Part shown: in pieces, positions 50,596 through 60,386 of the stretch
Layout of the letters: each line of letters opens with the position of its first letter
Position numbering within the stretch: position 1 is the stretch's first letter
Assembly (NCBI GenBank): GCA_963703315.1
Contig: OY969811.1
Span: 32,001-96,000 of the forward strand
Direction of reading: 5' to 3'
DNA from: an uncultured cyanobacterium
GTDB taxonomy: Bacteria > Cyanobacteriota > Cyanobacteriia > Pseudanabaenales > Pseudanabaenaceae
DNA: 64,000 nt
Notes under the pieces: generated by a model
Seen by the model: only the letters and a program-made list of their open reading frames with translations
The model's database searches: none
Told to the model about the DNA's origin: nothing
Translations under genes and position numbers: made by a program

Positions 50596-51303
50596 CTCAG
50601 TTAGATGACGAATGCTTCGGGCTGCTAGTTTAGCTGGATCATTTGTGGATTGGCGATCGCGATTTAGCCAAAATGCATGAATCCCTAATGCTGATGCCCC
50701 TTGATAGTCTTCGCGAAAGCTATCGCCAATATGCCACGCTAAATCGGGAGATTGAGCAATTTGATGTTTGGCTAAGGCAGAGGCAAAAATTAAGCGATCA
50801 GGCTTGGCTGCACCGATTTCCGTAGATATGGTGATCGAACTAAAGTAATGAGTTAGTCCCAAAGCATCAATTACTTTATAGATGCGACTATCAAAATTGG
50901 ATAGGAGGGCGAGCGTAATACCTTGCTGTTGCCATGTATCTAAAGCGAGGTGAGCATCGTCATAGATACACCAAGGTGCAGCAGTCGCAAAGTATGAGTA
51001 TAGACATTTAAAAAAATTGTCAAAGTTGGAAAACTTAGCAAAATCACCTGTTAAGCTAAAAGTCTGTTCAGCTAGCGATCGCCACCATTCATATTCTGCG
51101 ATCGGGATGTCTGATGGTGACATATCTGCAAATGCCATTGGTGGTGCAGACTTGAAACTTTGATAAAAAGCTCGATTGATTAATTCCGCATCAAGTCTAA
51201 CGTCAAAATCAGCAGCCACTTTGGCATATTGCTCACCAACACTACCCTTGACCCCAAACAGAGTGCCAACTGCGTCTAAATAAATAACTTGAGGCGATCG
51301 CAT
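50584..51303 (-). CDS. HAD-superfamily hydrolase
   Basis: LDAVGTL, SNFD, KPD, HIGDS..EDY. Confidence 0.85.
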   Translation of the reverse strand: MRSPQVIYLDAVGTLFGVKGSVGEQYAKVAADFDVRLDAELINRAFYQSFKSAPPMAFADMSPSDIPIAEYEWWRSLAEQTFSLTGDFAKFSNFDNFFKCLYSYFATAAPWCIYDDAHLALDTWQQQGITLALLSNFDSRIYKVIDALGLTHYFSSITISTEIGAAKPDRLIFASALAKHQIAQSPDLAWHIGDSFREDYQGASALGIHAFWLNRDRQSTNDPAKLAARSIRHLTELCN

Positions 51304-51461
51304 TAGATTTTTCAGAGAGATTACCGATATAAACTTGAAGGTACTGCTACAATTACTGCCAAAGCTTGTAAAAAATCAGTGCAGATAGTCTAACTCTATT
51401 ATCATGTACAACAGGTACTAATTTTCTAATGATGAGATGGTTGGATTAAGGAATACTTTAT

Positions 51462-52982
51462 ATGGGCATATCTCAATTTTGTAAATTAACTTTATTTGCA
51501 TTGATTGCTTGTAATACTTTGCCAATGTTGGCACAGACTACGACAATTAACAAAACATCCACACCATCTACACCTAGTTCTCAACCTAGTTCTGAAAACT
51601 CCAATCTAAAACTATCACCCCAGTTTAATAGTAATACTCCAACCCTAAATGTAGGGGAATCTCAAAACATATTTAGCTATACTCTCGGTGCAGGTGATAA
51701 TCTCAAGATCGAAGTCTTTAATGTACCAGAGTTGTCGGGAACTCAAACGATTGCTCCAGATGGAACAATTAATATCTCATTAATTGGAGCCGTTAAACTA
51801 GAGGGATTAAGCCTTGATGAAGCCAATGTCTTGCTCCGTCAAAAACTCAGTCCATTTCTCGTACGGAATATCGTCAATGTATCGCTGATTTCGCCACGAC
51901 CGCTCAACATTGCGATCGTGGGAGAAGTAAATCGTCCCGGTCCTCGTTTCTTAAGTTATGCGAGTGCAGGCATCAATGCCGCGACTTTAACTAGAGCGTT
52001 GGAATCAGCTTCAGGTATCACTTCCAGAGCCGATATCAGTAACATCCAAATTTCACGCCGTGATGGAGCTTCAGGTCGGCGCATTCTTAAAGTGAATCTC
52101 CAAAATCTGCTTGAAAAAGGTGATATCAGCCAAGATGTTCGTATTCTTGACGGAGATTCTATTCTTGTACCACCACTCCCTCTAGCGAGTACGGCACAGT
52201 CACGCACTGTTAGCAACTCCACTTTTTCTCCAGACACCTTTACCATTCAAGTTGCGATCGTTGGAGAAGTGAATCGTGTTGGTACTCAAACATTAGTTTA
52301 TTCACGTAATGGGACTATCTCTACAGGTTTAACAGGTGCAACCACTTCGGCTGGAACTGCCTCAAATGGAGGTCCTGTTACACTCAGTCGTGCCTTGCAA
52401 GCAGCCAATGGCGTTACTGAAATTGCTGATATTCGGAATGTCCAAATTTCGCGATTGAATGATAAGGGACAACGCACAATTGTCAAAGCTAATTTGTTGG
52501 ATTTGATTACTAAAGCCGATCTTACTCAAGATATTACTCTTACCGATGGTGATTTGATTACAGTGCCACGTTTAGAAAAAACAAATCCTACTGAGTATCT
52601 GCAAGTTGCTAAAGCGACTTTCTCGCCTACTTCTATTATTGTGCAAGTAATTGGTGAAGCAGTTCGTCCTGGACCTCTGCAACTTCGCCCTAACAGCTCC
52701 TTTACTGAAGCAATCTCTTTTGCTGGTGGACTAACTAATGATGCTGATTGGCGGGCGATCGAACTTTATCGGGTCAATCCTGATGGCTCGATTATGCGGC
52801 GCAATCTTGTTGCTGACTTAAATCTACCGTTGAGTGAAGAATTTAACCCAGGACTACGCGATCGCGATGTGATCGTAGTACGTCCATCTTTTGGGGCAAG
52901 TATTCTTAACTCAGCGACGAAATTTCTCGGCAATATTGTTACTCCTTTCTCACTGGTGAACAATCTCTTTAGAAGTTTTTAG
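51462..52982 (+). CDS. Polysaccharide export protein (Wza/OPX family, SLBB domains)
   Basis: YTLGAGD..I.VFNVPELS, PDGTINI, repeated GEVNRPG units. Confidence 0.83.
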   Translation: MGISQFCKLTLFALIACNTLPMLAQTTTINKTSTPSTPSSQPSSENSNLKLSPQFNSNTPTLNVGESQNIFSYTLGAGDNLKIEVFNVPELSGTQTIAPDGTINISLIGAVKLEGLSLDEANVLLRQKLSPFLVRNIVNVSLISPRPLNIAIVGEVNRPGPRFLSYASAGINAATLTRALESASGITSRADISNIQISRRDGASGRRILKVNLQNLLEKGDISQDVRILDGDSILVPPLPLASTAQSRTVSNSTFSPDTFTIQVAIVGEVNRVGTQTLVYSRNGTISTGLTGATTSAGTASNGGPVTLSRALQAANGVTEIADIRNVQISRLNDKGQRTIVKANLLDLITKADLTQDITLTDGDLITVPRLEKTNPTEYLQVAKATFSPTSIIVQVIGEAVRPGPLQLRPNSSFTEAISFAGGLTNDADWRAIELYRVNPDGSIMRRNLVADLNLPLSEEFNPGLRDRDVIVVRPSFGASILNSATKFLGNIVTPFSLVNNLFRSF

Positions 52983-53003
52983 AACATAAATTAGAACATA
53001 AAC

Positions 53004-53942
53004 ATGAAAATCCTAGTTACTGGCGGTGCGGGCTTCATTGGATCTCATTTAGTTGATCGTTTAATGGAAGCTGGACATTCAGTTATATCGCTTGACAATC
53101 TTTACACAGGGCAAAAATCTAATAATGCTCAGTGGATAGAACATCCTAATTTTCAATTTATTGAACATGATGTCGTCAATCCGATTGCCATTGATCATGT
53201 CGATCAGATATATCATCTTGCCTGTCCCGCTTCCCCTGTGCATTACCAATCCGATCCTATTAAGACTGCTAAAACCAACTTTTTGGGTACTCTCAATATG
53301 TTGGAGTTGGCAAAACAAAAGCAAGCTCGAATTTTACTAGCATCCACTTCTGAAGTTTACGGTGATCCTTTGCTGCATCCCCAAACTGAAGACTATTGGG
53401 GCAATGTGAACTGTACAGGTATTCGGAGTTGCTATGACGAAGGTAAAAGGATTGCCGAGACATTAACTTTTGATTATCACCGCCAATATGGAACTGAGGT
53501 ACGAGTTGTCCGCATTTTCAATACGCATGGTGTGAGGATGCTCGAAAATGACGGGCGAGTAGTGAGTAACTTTATTGTTCAAGCTCTTCAGGGAATTCCC
53601 CTCACAATTTATGGCGATGGCTCGCAAACTCGGAGTTTTTGCTATGTATCGGATCTTGTAGAAGGCTTAATACGTCTGATGAATGGCAATTACATTGGAC
53701 CTGTTAATTTAGGTAATCCTGGTGAATATACGATTCTCCAATTGGCTCAAACTATTCAGCGCCTGATTGATCCAACGGCGGAGATTATCTTTAAACCCCT
53801 ACCTCAAGATGATCCGCAACGCCGTCAGCCCGACATTTCACGAGCCAAGTTCCATTTAGATTGGGAACCTAAAGTTCCCTTAGAAGAGGGATTGGCAAAA
53901 ACGATCGCCTATTTTCGCGATCGCCTCAAAACCGATAAGTAA
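53004..53942 (+). CDS. UDP-glucuronate decarboxylase (UDP-xylose synthase)
   Basis: [48 protein letters not shown]. Confidence 0.88.
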   Translation: MKILVTGGAGFIGSHLVDRLMEAGHSVISLDNLYTGQKSNNAQWIEHPNFQFIEHDVVNPIAIDHVDQIYHLACPASPVHYQSDPIKTAKTNFLGTLNMLELAKQKQARILLASTSEVYGDPLLHPQTEDYWGNVNCTGIRSCYDEGKRIAETLTFDYHRQYGTEVRVVRIFNTHGVRMLENDGRVVSNFIVQALQGIPLTIYGDGSQTRSFCYVSDLVEGLIRLMNGNYIGPVNLGNPGEYTILQLAQTIQRLIDPTAEIIFKPLPQDDPQRRQPDISRAKFHLDWEPKVPLEEGLAKTIAYFRDRLKTDK

Positions 53943-53994
53943 TCAAATTCACAGCCATTTCAGTAGATTTTACCCTGAAATGGCTTTATAGGGA

Positions 53995-54094
53995 TAGCCA
54001 GTTATGTTTAGGACAAACCCAAAACCGAAAAGAGAGTTGCGGCACGAAGTGCCGCAACTCTCTTTTCGGTTTTATGTCTTAACTTACTTGGCTA
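53995..54094. repeat. ~100-bp dispersed element with central C-GAA-G palindrome
   Basis: TAGCCA...TGGCTA ends; homologous to 58950-59058 and 12650-12726. Confidence 0.78.
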
Positions 54095-54134
54095 CCGCTA
54101 TATTGTAAATAAATCAAACTCATAGGTATAGGAT

Positions 54135-55481
54135 ATGCGTGTTTGTGTAATTGGAACTGGTTACGTTGGTTTGGTGACAGGTGCTTGTCTTGCTTACATT
54201 GGTCATGATGTCATTTGTGTCGATAATAACGAAGAAAAAGTCAAGCTGATGAAATCTGGGCAATCGCCAATCCATGAGCCAGGATTGCCTGAAGTTATTT
54301 CCGAATCAATTCGTCAAGGGAAGATCGAATTTACGACGGATATCGCGGCGGGAGTTAAGCATGGCGAGATTTTATTTATTGCCGTTGGTACACCTTCACT
54401 TCCTGATGGTCGTAGCGATATGCGCTATGTGGAAGCCGTTGCCCGCAGTATTGGTGAAAGCCTAACCGAAGGGTATCGAGTGATTGTCAACAAATCAACT
54501 GTGCCAATTGGTTCTGGTGACTGGGTGCGAATGATTGTATTGGATGGTATGGCTGGCAAGAGCAATATCGATCAGATTCAGTTTGATGTGGTTAGCAATC
54601 CCGAATTTTTGCGTGAAGGCGTAGCGGTTTACGACACCTTTAATCCTGACCGCATCGTGGTGGGTAGTGGTAGCGATCGCGCTCTGAAGTTGATGCAAGA
54701 TCTTTACGCACCAATTATTGACCGTTCCTTTGCCAATGACAAAACCTTGCCACCAGTACCAGTAGTAGTCACGGATTTGAACTCTGCGGAAATGATTAAG
54801 TATGCCGCAAACGCATTTTTGGCAACTAAGATTAGCTTTGTCAATGAAGTTGCAAATATTTGCGATCGCGTTGGTGCAGATGTCAGAGAAGTTGCTAAGG
54901 GCATTGGACTAGATTCACGCATTGGTTCCAAATTCTTACAAGCAGGTATTGGCTGGGGCGGTTCTTGCTTTGGAAAAGATGTTTCAGCTCTGATCTATAC
55001 TGCTGAGGACTATGGCTATTCTACCGAGATCTTAAAAGCCTGTGTACGGGTGAATGAGCTTCAACGCACTTTGGTAGTTGAAAAGTTGCAACAAGCCCTG
55101 AAAATCTTGAAGGGTAAAACCATTGGCTTATTGGGAATGACCTTTAAGCCTGATACTGATGATATGCGTGATGCTCCTGCCTTAACTTTGATCGATCAAC
55201 TGAGCCGTTTGGGAGCCAGAGTCAAAGCTTATGATCCTCTGGTTTCTCAATCAGGATTGCGTCAAGGTTTTTCCAATGTAATTGTTGAAACTGATCTAGA
55301 ACGCCTAGCCGATGGCTGTGATGCTGTGGTTTTGGTGACTGATTGGCAAGAGTTTTTGAGCATTGATTATGCCAAGATGTTGACGCTGATGGCACATCCC
55401 GTAATTATTGATGCTCGTAATTTCCTCGATGGCAAAGCCCTTAAAGAATTGGGATATCAATACATCGGCATTGGTCGCTAG
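54135..55481 (+). CDS. ugd: UDP-glucose 6-dehydrogenase
   Basis: GTGYVGL, NKSTVP, SNPEFLREG, GWGGSCFGKD, FKPDTDDMR. Confidence 0.92.
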   Translation: MRVCVIGTGYVGLVTGACLAYIGHDVICVDNNEEKVKLMKSGQSPIHEPGLPEVISESIRQGKIEFTTDIAAGVKHGEILFIAVGTPSLPDGRSDMRYVEAVARSIGESLTEGYRVIVNKSTVPIGSGDWVRMIVLDGMAGKSNIDQIQFDVVSNPEFLREGVAVYDTFNPDRIVVGSGSDRALKLMQDLYAPIIDRSFANDKTLPPVPVVVTDLNSAEMIKYAANAFLATKISFVNEVANICDRVGADVREVAKGIGLDSRIGSKFLQAGIGWGGSCFGKDVSALIYTAEDYGYSTEILKACVRVNELQRTLVVEKLQQALKILKGKTIGLLGMTFKPDTDDMRDAPALTLIDQLSRLGARVKAYDPLVSQSGLRQGFSNVIVETDLERLADGCDAVVLVTDWQEFLSIDYAKMLTLMAHPVIIDARNFLDGKALKELGYQYIGIGR

Positions 55482-55570
55482 GGATTTAACTCTACATTTT
55501 AAGGTTTGCATTTGCGAACCTTAAAATGTTCAAGAGACTGCACACGTTATAAAGCAAAGAGATCAAGTAT

Positions 55571-56494
55571 ATGTCTAAAAAGCATAACGATAGTAAGTCT
55601 AAACACTCTAAAAAATCTAAAACTTTTTTGGAGGAACCCCTAAGTGAGGTAAGCGATCGCTTAGATGATACTGCACCTTCTGTAGATGATCAGCCCCTCG
55701 ATTTACCAAAATTATCCAAGAAGATCTACGAGAAGGAGCTTCAAAATTTACAGATAGAACTCGTCAAACTCCAAGAGTGGATTAAACATCAAGGACTAAA
55801 AGTTGTCATTATTTTTGAAGGTCGGGATGCCGCAGGAAAGGGTGGTGCGATTAAAAGTATTACTCAATCTCTCAATCCACGTATTTGTCGAGTAGTTGCT
55901 TTAGGTAAACCATCTGATCAAGAACGTACTCAATGGTATTTTCAGCGTTATACAGCCGAATTACCTGCGGGTGGTGAAATGGTACTGTTTGATCGCAGTT
56001 GGTATAACCGTGCTGGTGTTGAACACGTGATGGGCTATTGTACCCACGAAGAATATGTCGAGTTTCTGCGATCCTGCCCTGAATTTGAGAATATGCTTCA
56101 GCGATCGGGAATTATTTTAATCAAGTATTGGTTTTCAGTTAACGATAGTGAGCAGGAAAAGAGATTTAGCGATCGCATTAAAGATCCGCGTAAACGTTGG
56201 AAGTTCAGCCCGATGGACTTAGAGGCGCGATCGCGTTGGGTGGAATATTCTAAAGCCAAAGACGATATGTTCAATGCAACAGATACGCAGCTATCACCTT
56301 GGTATGTAATTGATGGCGATGATAAGCGTCGCGCTCGCCTGAACTGCATCAATCACTTACTAGCAAAGATTCCCTATGAGGATGTAATACCCAAACCTTT
56401 TGATTTGCCTCCACTACAAAACAAAATGGTTTATGTACGTCCACCCATTCATTTACAGAACTTCATTCCCAATGTCACAGCACATTTAGAATAA
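55571..56494 (+). CDS. ppk2: Polyphosphate kinase 2
   Basis: FEGRDAAGKGG, WYFQRY, FDRSWYNRAGVE, WKFSPMD. Confidence 0.93.
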   Translation: MSKKHNDSKSKHSKKSKTFLEEPLSEVSDRLDDTAPSVDDQPLDLPKLSKKIYEKELQNLQIELVKLQEWIKHQGLKVVIIFEGRDAAGKGGAIKSITQSLNPRICRVVALGKPSDQERTQWYFQRYTAELPAGGEMVLFDRSWYNRAGVEHVMGYCTHEEYVEFLRSCPEFENMLQRSGIILIKYWFSVNDSEQEKRFSDRIKDPRKRWKFSPMDLEARSRWVEYSKAKDDMFNATDTQLSPWYVIDGDDKRRARLNCINHLLAKIPYEDVIPKPFDLPPLQNKMVYVRPPIHLQNFIPNVTAHLE

Positions 56495-56535
56495 AACGAG
56501 TTTCGGCGCTTCGCGCCGAAACTCGCAGCTATACA

Positions 56536-57666
56536 TCAGCCTAAGTAGCCAGTAATTAAAAAGTCTGTACCAATTTGTTGAAACTGCGATCGCGATAATT
56601 TGAGAGCCTCAGTCATCAGATTTAAGCCCAGATTATCAATAGGACTAGGCGCATTTAATCCACCAATTAATTTAGGAGCAATAAATGCATAAACTTTCTG
56701 TACCATGTCTGCCTTAATCGCTGCCGCGCCCAACTTGCCCCCACATTCCCACAGCACCGTATTACATCCGCGTCTACCTAACTCTTGCATGACAATTTGA
56801 GGTGATATATCTGCCAGTTCTAAAATCTCAACATGGCGATCGCGTAGTTTTTCTTTTAGTTGCAAATTAATATCAGGCAAAGTAATCAGCAAAGTTTTCT
56901 CTGTATCTGTGATTTTCCATAAATGTGCCTCGTCTGGTAGCTCACAACTACGAGTAATTACCACCCGCAAAGGACAATGTTTGCTCAGCCCATGCGTATT
57001 TAAGTGGGGATTATCAAGCCTCACCGTATTACCACCCGTAATAATGGCATCACATCCCACTCGCAGATCATGCACCAATTTTCGTGATTCTGCCCCTGTA
57101 ATCCAATAGCTATGTCCTGAAGTAGTCGCAATTTTGCCATCAAGGGTCATTGCATATTTAAAAATGCCAAACGGTAGCCCTGTTTTGACATGATAAAAGA
57201 AAGCCTCATTTAGTTCTAAGCATTGCTGCTCTAAGATGCCTGTCGTGACCTTGATTCCTGCCGCTCTTAGGCGATCGCGCCCCGTACCTGACACCAAAGG
57301 ATTAGTATCGATCGCGCCAATAACCACATGACCAATCCCTGCTTGAATAATTGCCTCTGAGCAAGGAGGCGTGCGTCCATAATGATTGCAAGGCTCAAGA
57401 TTGATATATATAGTCGCATCACTTAAATCTTCACCTGTTTGTAAAGCCTCTCGAATCGCGAACACCTCCGCATGAGGTTGTCCCGCCTGCGGATGAAACC
57501 CTTGACCTAATACTTGACCATTTTTGACAATCACACTACCCACCATCGGATTTGGTGCGGTTTGCCCCTTCGCTAATTTTGCTAACTCAAGACATTGCTG
57601 CATATAGCGATCGTGCTGTGTGGACTCAGCCGTTGATGAAACTTGGGGGTGTGGGTATCCAGACAT
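56536..57666 (-). CDS. ribD: Riboflavin biosynthesis deaminase/reductase
   Basis: PNPMVG, HAE, LEPCNHYGRTPPC, KYAMTLDGKIA, ECGG. Confidence 0.94.
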   Translation of the reverse strand: MSGYPHPQVSSTAESTQHDRYMQQCLELAKLAKGQTAPNPMVGSVIVKNGQVLGQGFHPQAGQPHAEVFAIREALQTGEDLSDATIYINLEPCNHYGRTPPCSEAIIQAGIGHVVIGAIDTNPLVSGTGRDRLRAAGIKVTTGILEQQCLELNEAFFYHVKTGLPFGIFKYAMTLDGKIATTSGHSYWITGAESRKLVHDLRVGCDAIITGGNTVRLDNPHLNTHGLSKHCPLRVVITRSCELPDEAHLWKITDTEKTLLITLPDINLQLKEKLRDRHVEILELADISPQIVMQELGRRGCNTVLWECGGKLGAAAIKADMVQKVYAFIAPKLIGGLNAPSPIDNLGLNLMTEALKLSRSQFQQIGTDFLITGYLG

Positions 57667-57692
57667 GGCGATCAACCTAAAGATAGATTAGT

Positions 57693-57733
57693 GTTACAAA
57701 CGCTTTACATTAGTTGATATGTAAAGTTATATT
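57693..57733 (+). promoter_or_regulatory. psbA (right copy) promoter candidate with HLR1-like direct repeat
   Basis: GTTACAAA cgc TTTACATT, then TATATT 18 nt after TTTACA. Confidence 0.45.
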
Positions 57734-57787
57734 ACTTACATAGCGAAAGCTAATTATAAATTTTTAACTCAACGCAATCATAAATCA

Positions 57788-58870
57788 ATGACAACAGCAG
57801 TACAAAGACGCGAAAGCGCTTCGATCTGGGATCAGTTTTGCAGTTGGATCACCAGCACCGACAACCGCCTCTATGTAGGTTGGTTCGGCGTAATCATGAT
57901 CCCCTGCCTACTCGCAGCAACCATTTGCTTCGTAATCGCCTTCATCGCCGCACCTCCTGTCGATATCGACGGTATCCGCGAACCAGTAGCAGGTTCCTTG
58001 CTATTTGGTAACAACATGATTTCTGGCGCAGTCGTACCTTCCTCTAACGCGATTGGCCTGCACTTTTACCCCATTTGGGAAGCAGATAGCCTCGACGAAT
58101 GGCTATACAACGGTGGTCCTTACCAATTGGTAGTATTCCACTTCCTACTCGGCATTTTCTGCTACATGGGACGTGAATGGGAATTGTCTTACCGCCTCGG
58201 TATGCGTCCTTGGATCGCCGTAGCATACTCTGCACCAGTAGCAGCAGCAACCGCAGTATTCTTGATCTACCCAATCGGACAAGGCTCTTTCTCTGACGGT
58301 ATGCCTTTGGGTATCTCTGGTACTTTCAACTTCATGATCGTATTCCAAGCAGAACACAACATCTTGATGCATCCTTTCCACATGTTGGGAGTAGCAGGTG
58401 TATTCGGCGGTTCATTGTTCAGTGCGATGCACGGTTCACTCGTAACCTCCAGCTTGATTCGTGAAACAACTGAAAACGAAAGCCAAAACGCTGGTTACAA
58501 GTTCGGGCAAGAAGAAGAAACCTACAACATCGTTGCAGCTCACGGTTACTTCGGTCGTTTGATTTTCCAATACGCTTCTTTCAACAACAGCCGTCAATTG
58601 CACTTCTTCTTGGCTCTATGGCCAGTAGTCGGCATTTGGTTCACTGCATTGGGTGTAAGCACCATGGCATTCAACTTGAACGGTTTCAACTTCAACCAGT
58701 CTATCTCTGATAGCCAAGGTCGCGTTGTACCTAGCTGGGCAGATGTAATCAACCGCGCTAACTTGGGTATGGAAGTAATGCACGAGCGCAATGCTCACAA
58801 CTTCCCTCTCGATTTGGCTGCTGTTGATGTTGCTCCTGTAGCTATGGCTGCTCCTGCTATCAATGGTTAA
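57788..58870 (+). CDS. psbA: Photosystem II D1 protein (Glu130), same protein as the left copy
   Basis: 360-aa D1. Confidence 0.98.
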   Translation: MTTAVQRRESASIWDQFCSWITSTDNRLYVGWFGVIMIPCLLAATICFVIAFIAAPPVDIDGIREPVAGSLLFGNNMISGAVVPSSNAIGLHFYPIWEADSLDEWLYNGGPYQLVVFHFLLGIFCYMGREWELSYRLGMRPWIAVAYSAPVAAATAVFLIYPIGQGSFSDGMPLGISGTFNFMIVFQAEHNILMHPFHMLGVAGVFGGSLFSAMHGSLVTSSLIRETTENESQNAGYKFGQEEETYNIVAAHGYFGRLIFQYASFNNSRQLHFFLALWPVVGIWFTALGVSTMAFNLNGFNFNQSISDSQGRVVPSWADVINRANLGMEVMHERNAHNFPLDLAAVDVAPVAMAAPAING

Positions 58871-58895
58871 TCTTCTAACCTAATTCCTAATCGAA

Positions 58896-58937
58896 ACAAC
58901 AGAAAAGCCTCTCCTTTTGGAGAGGCTTTTCTGTTGT
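58896..58937 (+). terminator. psbA (right copy) intrinsic terminator
   Basis: Same hairpin stem as the left copy. Confidence 0.85.
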
Positions 58938-58949
58938 GAAATCTCTTTC

Positions 58950-59058
58950 TATAGCTGTAGTTAGCTATGTTCGGACAAAATCAAAACCCAAAAGAGAGGT
59001 GCGGCGCTTTGCGCCGCACCTCTCTTTTGGGTTTTATGTCTTAACTTGCTTGGCTATA
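58950..59058. repeat. ~100-bp dispersed element with central C-TTT-G palindrome
   Basis: TATAGC...GCTATA ends; homologous to 53995-54094. Confidence 0.78.
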
Positions 59059-59173
59059 ACTTAATGAGGTCGAGGATAAGGATTTAACTTAAATAATCAG
59101 TAATAATTTCTAGGATTACTTGTTCAATATTGGAAATTTTAGAAGGACGGTTATACTGGAGGCAAACACAAGC

Positions 59174-59208
59174 GAATGAGTTGCGGCGCAAAGCGCCGCA
59201 ACTCATTC
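59174..59208. repeat. Triloop palindrome (GC-AAA-GC), related element
   Basis: GAATGAGTTGCGGCGC AAA GCGCCGCAACTCATTC followed by TTTTGGGTTTT. Confidence 0.75.
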
Positions 59209-59320
59209 TTTTGGGTTTTTAATTTGTACTAGCTAAATCTTGCTTTGCTATAGTGCCAAATAAAGGTAGGATTTTCGATAGGTTATTAACACCTTTTTAT
59301 CGCCAAATACTGCCAACATC

Positions 59321-60331
59321 ATGGATACTCCAAAAAAATTGGGCTACACTCAGCTAGCTGAATGGCAGCCTCACAAAGCCTGTTGGCTAGCCTTTCCCAG
59401 CCATCGCGACCTGTGGTTAGAATATCTCGATATTGTCCAAGCAGAATTTGTCGCCCTTGCTAAGGCGATCGCCACATCTGAAAGGCTAGAAATTTTAGTA
59501 TTGGCAGAAACTGCGGCACTCGCAAAGGAACTTCTCGGAGATTTGCCTGTACGATTCCATCAAATTCCCTTTGGTGATATCTGGATGCGGGACATAACCC
59601 CCGTCTATGTCAAAAATACTGAGGGAGATCTTGGAGCATTACATTTTCAATGGAACGGCTGGGGTGGAAAATATTTACTCGAACATGACGATCGCGTAGC
59701 TGAGAATATTTTACAAACTCTTGATATCCCTAAGTTTAAATTTGATTGGGTGCTGGAAGGCGGGGCGATCGAGGTTGATGGGGAAGGAACTTGTCTCACT
59801 ACCAAGCAATGTTTGCTCAATCCCAATCGCAATCCACATCTTGATCAAGAATCAATTGAATCAGGATTAAAATCTGCGTTAGGAGTTGAGAAAGTCCTGT
59901 GGATTGAAGAAGGTCTGCTCAATGATCATACTGATGGACATATTGACACGATCGCTCGTTTCATTGCACCCCATACCATTATGTGCATGGAACCGACATC
60001 CAAAGATGATCCTAACTATCAAGTTCTTCATGATATTGCCGCTCAATTGGAAGAGATGACTGATGCCAAGGGAAGAAAAATAAATGTAGTCAAAATTCCC
60101 TCACCCAATCTTATCCTTGATGATGAAGGCGAAATCATGCCCGCTAGCTATCTCAATTTTTATATTTCCAATGATAGCGTGATTATACCCACCTATGGCT
60201 CTCCCAATGATGATCTGGCAGTCGCAGCAATTGCCAAGCATTTTCCTGACCGTAAAGCGATCGGGCTGTCTGCACAACATATTCTCTTAGGGGGCGGCGC
60301 ATTCCATTGCATCACCTGTCATCAACCTTAA
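59321..60331 (+). CDS. aguA: Agmatine deiminase / peptidylarginine deiminase family
   Basis: DIWMRD, LEGGAIEVDGEG, DHTDGHID, ASYLNF, GGGAFHCIT. Confidence 0.87.
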   Translation: MDTPKKLGYTQLAEWQPHKACWLAFPSHRDLWLEYLDIVQAEFVALAKAIATSERLEILVLAETAALAKELLGDLPVRFHQIPFGDIWMRDITPVYVKNTEGDLGALHFQWNGWGGKYLLEHDDRVAENILQTLDIPKFKFDWVLEGGAIEVDGEGTCLTTKQCLLNPNRNPHLDQESIESGLKSALGVEKVLWIEEGLLNDHTDGHIDTIARFIAPHTIMCMEPTSKDDPNYQVLHDIAAQLEEMTDAKGRKINVVKIPSPNLILDDEGEIMPASYLNFYISNDSVIIPTYGSPNDDLAVAAIAKHFPDRKAIGLSAQHILLGGGAFHCITCHQP

Positions 60332-60386
60332 TAGAGAAGTCAGCACTTCGTGCTGACTTCTCTATTTCTTATATTGAGAAATAATT

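Noticed and set aside
47470..58798. Identical antisense ORFs occurring twice (47880/58145, 47987/58044, 47470/58594)
   Set aside because: Shadow ORFs of the duplicated psbA genes
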